Positions 28,170 through 36,081 of a stretch of 64,000 bases of DNA are shown here, one piece after another. A model generated the notes under the pieces. The model worked only from the letters and a program-made list of their open reading frames with translations, was not told the origin of the DNA and ran no database searches. The stretch lies in assembly GCA_046290225.1 (NCBI GenBank), contig JBKAGE010000082.1:192001-256000 (forward strand), read 5' to 3'. Position 1 is the first letter of the stretch, and each line of letters starts with the position of its first letter. This DNA comes from Bradymonadia bacterium. GTDB lineage: Bacteria > Myxococcota_A > Bradymonadia > UBA7976 > UBA1532. The translations under genes and the position numbers were made by a program.

Positions 28170-29657
28170 TCAGAGCCAGGTCTCCACAGCCCCAGTCTCT
28201 GCCTCTTGGGGGCGCTGATATTGCCCCATCAGATCTGACAACCACTCTGGTGCCAGTGAATCGAAGACAAAGCCGCTCTCGTCTTCCTTGACCCACACCA
28301 CAGACCCTTCCAGTCCGTGGGGGGTGCCCTCGAGTGAGAGGGTGATGCTCTGGCCCACCTTGAGCAACTCGGGCGCATCTTCGGGCTGATGCACTCGGCA
28401 GCCTGACCGTGACAGCTCTTGCAGCAACACCCGATGCGTCTCGCCCTCGGCCGACAATGTACCCCACAGCCCTTGCACATGTACTCGCGGATACTTGCGC
28501 CGATTGCCCACATGGGACTTGCGCAGGGCAGTGAGGAAGGTCACCACCTCTCCACTGAGCTGGTTCGACGTGGTCTTGAGCACCGATGAAGCGCACAAGC
28601 TCTGACTGGCATGACCTGTCGCGTCGTCGAGCATCTCGTCGACCTTGCTCACAGCGCTGGCGATGCCCTCGGCGTCTTCCACAGTCTTCTGAATATGGCC
28701 GGAGATCTCTCGAGTCGTCGCCTCTTGCTGCACCACCGCACCAGAGATGCTGCCCACGCTCTGATTGATCTCGTCGATGGTGTGGCCGATCACTTTGATC
28801 GTCTCCACCACCTGTAGGGTCACGCGCTGAACCTCTTCAATCTCGGCCCCGATCTGCTCGGTTGCATCTGACGTCTGACGGGCCAGGCTCTTGACCTCGT
28901 CAGCAACGACGGCGAAGCCCTTACCTGCCTCCCCCGCCCGGGCAGCCTCGATGGTGGCGTTCAACGCCAGCAGGTTCGTCTTCTTCGCGATGGCCTCGAT
29001 GAGGCCCGAGACATGACCGATGCTCTGCACTGCATCCGACAAGCCATTGACCACCTCCGCGGTGTGCTGCATTTCCGACACCGCCTCTTGAGCCGTCTCC
29101 GATGACTCTGTGGTCAAGCGGGCGATCTCCGAGATTGTGGCGGTCATTTCTTCTGTCGAGCCTGCGAGGGCCTGCATGTGATCTGAGGCGTTGCGGGCCA
29201 TGTCGGTGATCTCGCTGTTGCGCGCCTGCGAGTTCATGGCCACCTCGCTGGTCTCAATCGACGCGTTCTCCACCATCTCTGCCGAGAAGTCGACCTGTTG
29301 CAACAGGCTGAAGACATTGCTCTCCAGCAATCGACCCATCTCCACCAACTGTTCGCTGAGGGTACTCACTTCGATGTCGTGCTCTGAAGGCTGGCTGCCC
29401 TCCTGAGCCTCTTCCACGGCATCACAGGCGGTCGCCGCCGTGATCTCGGACAGAGCCTCGTACCCAGACACTGGCTCAGATGCTTCACGGCTTCGGTGAG
29501 CCATGACCAGGCACCCGAGGCTGATCGCAACCGCAACGAAGCCGACCACCATGGGCGCCCAGGCGATGGCCACGAGCAACCCGATGTGGCAACCCACTTC
29601 GCCCCACAACCACACTGTTGATGTTCGTTTTGACGTTTGCGTGGAGGGGGTGTGCAC
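28170..29657 (-). CDS. Methyl-accepting chemotaxis protein with C-terminal PilZ domain
   Basis: IAKKTNLLALNATIEAARAGEAGKGFAVVADEVKSLA; C-terminal RRKYPR...ELSRSG...GSVVW...GFVF. Confidence 0.9.
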   Translation of the reverse strand: MHTPSTQTSKRTSTVWLWGEVGCHIGLLVAIAWAPMVVGFVAVAISLGCLVMAHRSREASEPVSGYEALSEITAATACDAVEEAQEGSQPSEHDIEVSTLSEQLVEMGRLLESNVFSLLQQVDFSAEMVENASIETSEVAMNSQARNSEITDMARNASDHMQALAGSTEEMTATISEIARLTTESSETAQEAVSEMQHTAEVVNGLSDAVQSIGHVSGLIEAIAKKTNLLALNATIEAARAGEAGKGFAVVADEVKSLARQTSDATEQIGAEIEEVQRVTLQVVETIKVIGHTIDEINQSVGSISGAVVQQEATTREISGHIQKTVEDAEGIASAVSKVDEMLDDATGHASQSLCASSVLKTTSNQLSGEVVTFLTALRKSHVGNRRKYPRVHVQGLWGTLSAEGETHRVLLQELSRSGCRVHQPEDAPELLKVGQSITLSLEGTPHGLEGSVVWVKEDESGFVFDSLAPEWLSDLMGQYQRPQEAETGAVETWL

Positions 29658-30030
29658 AGTGGATCGCCTTTCATTTCAGACACGCTCTCACCTCTATTCG
29701 GAATCCTCAGTCCCGAATTCAAGGCAGGAGTCATCCTCAGACGACAAAAAACCAACCCATTTTGAGCCAAACATATCCTCAAAACGGAATACAAAAACGA
29801 TTCACAAGGTATGAACACCATTCAAAAAAGGTAAAACAAAGCCTGTCCACACTCATTGGGAGGGTGCACGACCATCTCAACTGGCCACTCATCACACCAT
29901 GCATCACATCAATCAGTTGAACAGTGTTCATTCCTCAGCGACGAAATACATATGTGTTCACCCATCGTCATGGGACTGGCGCCTGCGCTCGAGGATGAGC
30001 GGCATCATGGACCCAGGCTGGGCCTGGGGA

Positions 30031-30912
30031 TCAGCTGTCGTAGGTGTAGAAGCCCTGTCCGGTCTTGCGCCCCAGCTTGCCGGCCCGAACCATGCGCTTG
30101 AGGATTTGCGGTGGGCGGAAAGTGTCGGTGCCGAGCTCTCGGTGCAGGTGCTCGGTGATGGCGAGGCGCACGTCGAGGCCCACGAGATCGGTGAGGGCCA
30201 GTGGGCCGATGGGGTGCCGGTAACCCAAGGTCATGGCCTTGTCGATGTCTTCTGGAGAAGCGACCCCCTCTTCCACCATGCGCATGGCCTCGTTGCCCAG
30301 GGCGATGCCCAGTCGACTGGTGGCGAAGCCCGGGGCGTCTCGTACCACAATGCAGGTCTTGCCGAGGTCTTCGCCAAAGGCCTGGGCCGCCGCCACAGTG
30401 GCCTCGCTGGTGTACTCACCGCGCACGATCTCGAGCAACGGCATGATGACCACAGGGTTGAAGAAGTGCATGCCCAGCACACGGTCCGGGCAGCGGGTGG
30501 CGGAGGCGATCTCGGTGATGCTCAAACTCGAAGTATTGCTCGCGAGCACAGCATGACTCGGCGCCTCGGCCTCGAGCACCTGGAAGATCTCTCGCTTGAG
30601 GGGCATGCGCTCCGGTGCCGCCTCGACGACCAGATCGGCCTCGGTCACCGCCTGAGCCAGATCAGTGCAACCAGAGACGCGCCCCAGGGCAGCTTCCGCC
30701 TCTGCCTCGGTCATCTTCTGCCGGGAGACCGCCTTGTCATAGCTCGCCCGAATCCGATCGAGACCCTGGTCGAGTGCGCTCTCTGCGAGATCATAGAGCA
30801 TGACCTCATAACCGCAGCGGGCCGCTTGAGCGGCGATGCCGTGGCCCATGGTGCCAGCACCGAGCACGGTGACATTGCGGATCTTCAGGTTGGGCGTTTC
30901 GATGGTGTCCAC
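30031..30912 (-). CDS. 3-hydroxyacyl-CoA (3-hydroxybutyryl-CoA-type) dehydrogenase
   Basis: GAGTMGHGIA, VEAAPE, ASNTSSL, GMHFFNP, GPLALTDLVGLD, GKLGRKTGQGFY. Confidence 0.95.
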   Translation of the reverse strand: MDTIETPNLKIRNVTVLGAGTMGHGIAAQAARCGYEVMLYDLAESALDQGLDRIRASYDKAVSRQKMTEAEAEAALGRVSGCTDLAQAVTEADLVVEAAPERMPLKREIFQVLEAEAPSHAVLASNTSSLSITEIASATRCPDRVLGMHFFNPVVIMPLLEIVRGEYTSEATVAAAQAFGEDLGKTCIVVRDAPGFATSRLGIALGNEAMRMVEEGVASPEDIDKAMTLGYRHPIGPLALTDLVGLDVRLAITEHLHRELGTDTFRPPQILKRMVRAGKLGRKTGQGFYTYDS

Positions 30913-31004
30913 GACGGATCTCCAGAAGGTGGGTTGCAGTTCGAAAGCGGGGGGAGCATATCAGCGATTGCAGTTCCCTGATCGCAGTTCTACGAGGAGT
31001 TCTG

Positions 31005-31880
31005 ATGTCGACTCACATTCGCGCCGACCAGTTCGGTGATCCCGACAAGGTCCGAGTTCACCTTGAGCGCCGCGGCCCCGTGGCCTTGATCACCCTCGAG
31101 GACGAGGGGCTCAACGGCTACTCGTTCCGCATGTTCAAGCAGCTCGATGACGTGATCCTCGCCTGTCGCTTTGATCCATCGGTACAGGTGATGGTCATCA
31201 CCGGGGCCGGTGAGCATTTCTGCGCCGGGGCGAACATCAAGATGCTCGAGGCCGCTGACACCGAGAGCAAGTACTACTTCTGTTTGCACGCCAACGAGAC
31301 TCTGCTGCGCCTGGAGCACACCCCGAAGGTGGTGATCGCCGCCATGAACGGACACTGCGTAGGCGGAGGTCTGGAGATCGCCCTGGCCTGTGATCTACGC
31401 GTGGGACGCCGCGGTGGTGGCCGGGTGGGGCTCCCGGAGATCAACCTCGGCGTGCTCCCCGGCACGGGGGGTACTCAGCGCCTGAGCCGCTTGCTCGGCC
31501 CATCGAAGGCCATGGCCCTGATGTTGTCTGGCGAGACGATGGGTATGGAGAAAGCCGAGACGCTGGGGCTGGTCACGGAGTTGTTGGGCGACACTGAAGA
31601 GCGTGAGATCAAAGGCAAGATGCGTACGGTGCCTGCCCTCGGTCGCGACGCCTTCGTCGACGAGGTGGTGGCCTACGCCGAGCGCCTGTGCACACCGGGT
31701 CGGGCAGCGATGGCGGCTGGTCACATCAAGCGGGCGGTGCAGTCTGGCGCCGGCCTGCCTCTGGAGCAGGGCCTGGCCCTGGAGCGAGAGCTGCAAGCGA
31801 AGCTCTTCGCCAGCGATGACGCCCGAGAGGGGCTGGCGGCCTTTGTCGAGAAGCGCCAGGCAAAGTTCGAAAACCGCTGA
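31005..31880 (+). CDS. Enoyl-CoA hydratase/isomerase family protein
   Basis: FCAGANI, IAAMNGHCVGGGLEIALACDLR, GLPEINLGVLPGTGGTQRL, DAREGLAAFVEKR. Confidence 0.95.
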   Translation: MSTHIRADQFGDPDKVRVHLERRGPVALITLEDEGLNGYSFRMFKQLDDVILACRFDPSVQVMVITGAGEHFCAGANIKMLEAADTESKYYFCLHANETLLRLEHTPKVVIAAMNGHCVGGGLEIALACDLRVGRRGGGRVGLPEINLGVLPGTGGTQRLSRLLGPSKAMALMLSGETMGMEKAETLGLVTELLGDTEEREIKGKMRTVPALGRDAFVDEVVAYAERLCTPGRAAMAAGHIKRAVQSGAGLPLEQGLALERELQAKLFASDDAREGLAAFVEKRQAKFENR

Positions 31881-32018
31881 GCAGCACACTCGCTGGCGAA
31901 ATCAGGCCTGTCCTACCCGACTCAAGTGGCTAATTTTCAGCCACTCCTTATGGAGTGTACCCTTCGCTGACGTCATATGATGCAATGGTGCGTAGCACTG
32001 AGTCGGTGAGGAAGCAGC

Positions 32019-33992
32019 ATGGGTCAAACCCCCTCAGATCCGCTGATCGGGCAAACGCTCGACGGCGAGTTCGAGGTGATCAGCCGTATCGGGGAAGGCG
32101 GCTTTGGATCGGTCTACAAGGCGATCCAGCACCCCCTGGGCCGCAAGGTGGCCGTCAAGGTGCTCAAGACCGACGGCCCGATGCAGAACCCCGTGGTGCA
32201 GAGCCGCTTCTTTCGTGAGGCCAAGGCCATCGCCAACCTGCGCAGCCCCCACACGGTGACGCTGCTCAAGTACAACCGCACGACGGCCACCCTCAACGGC
32301 ATCACTCAGCCCATCGTCTACATGGCCCTCGAGTTCATCGATGGCCCCGATCTACGCACCCTCGTAGAAGAGAAAGGGCCTCTGCCACCCAACCGCGTGC
32401 GCGATCTGGCCCTCGACATCCTCGAGTCGCTGCAAGAGGCCCACGATCAGGGCATCATCCACCGCGATCTCAAGCCGGAGAACGTGCTCGTCGACACCAG
32501 CCCCGACGGCCGTGAGTACGCCAAGGTGCTCGACTTCGGCATCGCCAAAGCCATGGAGGAGGGCGAGGCCCTCGACGAGTCGCTGACCCGCGAAGGCACG
32601 ATGCTGGGCACGCCGGTCTACATGGCCCCGGAGCAATTCACCCGGGATCCGATCGGTCCGTACACGGATGTCTACTCGCTGGGCATGATGCTCTACGCGC
32701 TGCTCACCGGCTCGCCGCCCTACCATGGCAGCACCTACAGCGTGATGTACGCCCACACTCAGGCACCACCGCCGCCCTTGCCCGAGCAGCTTGAGGGGCT
32801 GCCCCTCGGCGCAGTGCTGCAAAAGGCCATGGCCAAGACGCCCTCGAGCCGCTACGCGAACGCGGGCCAGATGCGCGCGGCGCTGCTGAACTTCGACGAA
32901 AACAGCGAGGGGCTCTCCCCGACGATCGAGGCACCACGCCCGCTGACGCCGCCACCGATCCTGTCCAGGCAGCTTACGCCTCCGACCCTCTCCGAGGTCG
33001 ACTCGACCCCCCTGCCGATGGTGGGTGCCCTCGGGCCGATCATCTCCCAGACGCCGGGGCCCGATGTCGAGCCGACCCGCTCACCTGAGGCTGCTTCACT
33101 GCCGGTTCTCGATACGGTGCACGAGCCTGTGCTGGAGATTACCGAAGACGACGAGGATCTGATCATGGAGGGCGCCACGGATTTGGGCCTGCCTCCGTTC
33201 TCGCCACCGACGGCGCAGATCCCGGTGAGCCCCGCACCTGAGGCCCCCTCCGTCGAGGGGCCACACATCCCCCTCAAGATCCAGCCACCTCAGCAGCCCA
33301 TGGTGGCCTCGAGGCCTGGTCCACCTTCTTCACACCGACCCCCGAGTGCCCGACGGACCAAGAAGGCACCGTCGGTGATGTTGATGACACTTGTGGCCCT
33401 CCTGATCTCCACAGGGGTGGTTTTTGCCGTGATGTACGCCACGGGTCAGTTCGAGGAAGAGGTGATCGTCGAGCAACCAGAGCTGCCCGGGGGCTCGGTG
33501 AACCTCGGCGGGGTGACGATGGGCTGTCCCAAGGGCATGGTGGCCATCACCCCCGACGACGTGGGCAAGCTGTTCTGCATCGACACCCACGAGCGCCCAG
33601 GAGCCGACAACACGCCAGAGCAAGGTGTGAGTCTCAAGTCGGCGCGGGCTCAGTGTGCTGCTGCTGGCCGCCGCCTGTGCACGGGCAAAGAGTGGGTGCG
33701 TGCCTGTGGCGCCGGACGCCACTTCCCCTACGGCAACACCTTCGAAGCGGAGCGTTGTGCCACTGATGGTGAGCTCGCCGCCTCGGGCAGCTTCGAGCGC
33801 TGTGCAGGCCGCTTCGGCACGTACGACATGAGCGGAAACGTGGCGGAGTGGACCGCCGACGGCAAAATCAGAGGGGGTGATGTGTCCTCAGGCGCTGATC
33901 AGGCGCGCTGCGATGCCCAGGTGAGCGCCAAAGAGGCCAAGGGCATGCAGGTGGGTTTTCGCTGCTGCGCCCGCCACCGCCAGCCCCGCTGA
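32019..33992 (+). CDS. Hanks-type Ser/Thr protein kinase with TM helix and extracytoplasmic FGE-sulfatase-like Cys-rich domain
   Basis: [74 protein letters not shown]. Confidence 0.93.
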   Translation: MGQTPSDPLIGQTLDGEFEVISRIGEGGFGSVYKAIQHPLGRKVAVKVLKTDGPMQNPVVQSRFFREAKAIANLRSPHTVTLLKYNRTTATLNGITQPIVYMALEFIDGPDLRTLVEEKGPLPPNRVRDLALDILESLQEAHDQGIIHRDLKPENVLVDTSPDGREYAKVLDFGIAKAMEEGEALDESLTREGTMLGTPVYMAPEQFTRDPIGPYTDVYSLGMMLYALLTGSPPYHGSTYSVMYAHTQAPPPPLPEQLEGLPLGAVLQKAMAKTPSSRYANAGQMRAALLNFDENSEGLSPTIEAPRPLTPPPILSRQLTPPTLSEVDSTPLPMVGALGPIISQTPGPDVEPTRSPEAASLPVLDTVHEPVLEITEDDEDLIMEGATDLGLPPFSPPTAQIPVSPAPEAPSVEGPHIPLKIQPPQQPMVASRPGPPSSHRPPSARRTKKAPSVMLMTLVALLISTGVVFAVMYATGQFEEEVIVEQPELPGGSVNLGGVTMGCPKGMVAITPDDVGKLFCIDTHERPGADNTPEQGVSLKSARAQCAAAGRRLCTGKEWVRACGAGRHFPYGNTFEAERCATDGELAASGSFERCAGRFGTYDMSGNVAEWTADGKIRGGDVSSGADQARCDAQVSAKEAKGMQVGFRCCARHRQPR

Positions 33993-35741
33993 TCAGGCAG
34001 CCTCTTCGTCCTTCTCTGCACCAGCCCCCGGGTCGGTCTCCATCTGAAACTCAGCCCCCTTGCGATGCACGTCGGCCATGGCCCGGCCAGAGATGTCGCC
34101 GGAGAAGGTCTCCCACGCTGGATCCCAGCTGAGGGCCTCGGGGGTGGAGCAGGCGATAGACCGCCCGGTGCCCACGGTGGCGATGGCGCTGCGCCCCGAG
34201 ACCTTGTCGGTGACGAAGGCCTCTTCGAAGAGCTCACGCATCCAATACATCTCCCCGGTGGTGGGGGTGTCTTCGGGGAACCGCTCACCACGGGCCGCCC
34301 ACTGCTCGGGGGTGAGGCGCTCGTCGGCAAAGGCCCGCAGTGTGTCGACCCAGTCGTAGCCGACGCCATCGGAGAACTGCTCTTTCTGACGCCACAACAC
34401 CTCGGCGGGCAGCCACGGATCATCGGCGTCGTCGAAGGCCTGGCGGATGATGGCTTTCTCGATGGGCCACCCATCGGGGCCGGGCAAGGGCTGCCGATGT
34501 GCAGGATCCATGGACATGGCGAGCTCGATGAAGGCCCGATCGAGGTAGGGAAACCTCAGCTCCAAACCATGGGCCATGGGCGCTTTGTTGGCTCGCATGA
34601 CGTCGTACTGATGCAGCCGGAAGGTCTTACGCACGGTCTCGTGGTGCAGCTCTTCGGGGCTCGGAGCCTTGTGGAAGTAGAGGTAGCCGGCCATCAGCTC
34701 GTCAGATCCCTCACCTGAGAGCACCATCTTGAAGCCCAGGGCCCGGACCTTCTGGGCGAGCAGGTAGGTGGGCACCGCGGTCCTGATCTGCTGGTAGCTC
34801 TCGAGATGCCGCGAGACGGCGGGTACGGCGGCGAGGGCCTCTTCTACGGTGAAGGTGAACTCGTGGTGCACGGTGCCGAGGAACTCGGCCACCTTGCGAG
34901 CGGGCTCGAGATCGGGACCCCCTTCGAGGCCAATGGAGAAGGTGTGCAGCGGGCCGCTGTACTCCACCTCTCCGGCGTCGACGAGCCGCTTGGCGGCGGC
35001 GGCGACCAGTGAAGAGTCGAGGCCTCCGGAGAGCAACACGCCAAAGGGTACGTCGGCCATGAACCGCTTGCGCACGGCCTCGACGACGGTCTCCCGAATC
35101 ACCGTAAGATCGGCAGGGGTGTCAGGCACGGTCTGCATCCACGGCCGCTGGTACCACTTGACGCGCTTCACCTCGCGGCCATCGCAGATCCAAGCGTGCC
35201 CGGGCTCGACGAGCTCGACGTGCATGCAGTCGTCGACGAGGGCTTTCATCTCTGAGGCGAACCACACAGTGCCGTCGTCGTGCAGGCCAATGTAGAGGGG
35301 GCAAATGCCAATGGGATCCCGAGCCACGAGCCAACGGCCAGTGCTGTCGTCGAGCACGGCGAGGGCGAACTGGCCATCGAGCTGGTGCATGAGCTGATCG
35401 CCGAAATGCTGCCACGCGGGGCCGATGACGGCGCAGTCGGATCCGGACTCCAGCTGCACCCCGAGCTGATCGCGCAGCTGGTGGTGGTTGTAGATCTCGC
35501 CGTTGGCGGCCCAAGCGATGGTACCCTGCTCACGGGTCTGGCTGAAGGGCTGCGCGCCGCCTTCAGGATCGACGATGGCGAGCCGCCGATGGCCGAGCAC
35601 GCCCCGCAGCCCTTGCCACACGCCGACGCCATCGGGGCCCCGGTGGGCGAGCCGCTCGATGAGCACGCTGGCCCGCAGATGATGCAGGTGAGCTTTCTGA
35701 TGGTCGACGGAAGGGTCAAGGATGGCCAGGATGCCGCACAT
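33993..35741 (-). CDS. asnB: Glutamine-hydrolysing asparagine synthase B
   Basis: MCGI, HRGPD, HRRLAIVD, NGEIYN, ARDPIGICPLY, LLSGGLDSS, SGEGSDE..AGYLYFHKAP, WRQKEQFSDGVG. Confidence 0.95.
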   Translation of the reverse strand: MCGILAILDPSVDHQKAHLHHLRASVLIERLAHRGPDGVGVWQGLRGVLGHRRLAIVDPEGGAQPFSQTREQGTIAWAANGEIYNHHQLRDQLGVQLESGSDCAVIGPAWQHFGDQLMHQLDGQFALAVLDDSTGRWLVARDPIGICPLYIGLHDDGTVWFASEMKALVDDCMHVELVEPGHAWICDGREVKRVKWYQRPWMQTVPDTPADLTVIRETVVEAVRKRFMADVPFGVLLSGGLDSSLVAAAAKRLVDAGEVEYSGPLHTFSIGLEGGPDLEPARKVAEFLGTVHHEFTFTVEEALAAVPAVSRHLESYQQIRTAVPTYLLAQKVRALGFKMVLSGEGSDELMAGYLYFHKAPSPEELHHETVRKTFRLHQYDVMRANKAPMAHGLELRFPYLDRAFIELAMSMDPAHRQPLPGPDGWPIEKAIIRQAFDDADDPWLPAEVLWRQKEQFSDGVGYDWVDTLRAFADERLTPEQWAARGERFPEDTPTTGEMYWMRELFEEAFVTDKVSGRSAIATVGTGRSIACSTPEALSWDPAWETFSGDISGRAMADVHRKGAEFQMETDPGAGAEKDEEAA

Positions 35742-35819
35742 GTCACTCTCCTCGAGGTCTACACCAACTCATCGGAGGGACGGGGCATGGGCGATAGCGC
35801 GAGGCTGTGGTGCGCCCAT

Positions 35820-35846
35820 AAAAAAACCCCGTCCATCGGACGGGGT
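35820..35846 (-). terminator. Intrinsic terminator in the asnB 5' leader (attenuator terminator)
   Basis: Minus strand CCCCGTCC-GAT-GGACGGGG followed by TTTTTTT, about 80 nt upstream of the asnB ATG. Confidence 0.85.
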
Positions 35847-35877
35847 CGGCGCTGTGTCGCGTTTTTGTGCGCTCAGC

Positions 35878-35967
35878 TCACCGGTGTCCCGCCCAAAGGG
35901 GGCGGGCATTATTGAGACCGCAGCGTTTGCTGTGGGTCGTACCGGTGATGGTGAGTCGCGAAGTCAT
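35878..35967 (-). CDS. Putative asnB leader peptide (29 aa, tandem Asn codons)
   Basis: Manual translation MTSRLTITGTTHSKRCGLNNARPLWAGHR*; AAT AAT at 35913-35908; lies between a promoter and the terminator. Confidence 0.7.
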   Translation of the reverse strand: MTSRLTITGTTHSKRCGLNNARPLWAGHR

Positions 35968-35973
35968 GTTCAA

Positions 35974-36003
35974 AGTGTGAGCGGATGCTGGAGGTGTTGT
36001 CAA
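35974..36003 (-). promoter_or_regulatory. sigma70-type promoter for the asnB leader
   Basis: Minus strand TTGACA (36003-35998), 18-nt spacer, CACACT (35979-35974), 6 nt, then the ATG of the leader peptide. Confidence 0.65.
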
Positions 36004-36081
36004 ACGGTGGAGTGAAAAAATCACCTTCAACGCCGCCAGCACAGGCTCTTGAGCCCCTATTTCAGGGCAAAAACCTGCCGC

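Noticed and set aside
29658..30030. AT-rich spacer as ncRNA or mobile-element scar
   Set aside because: No recognisable tRNA/ncRNA fold, terminal inverted repeats or transposase remnant; consistent with an MCP promoter region.
29899..30981. 360-aa plus-strand ORF
   Set aside because: Antisense to the clearly recognisable 3-hydroxyacyl-CoA dehydrogenase.
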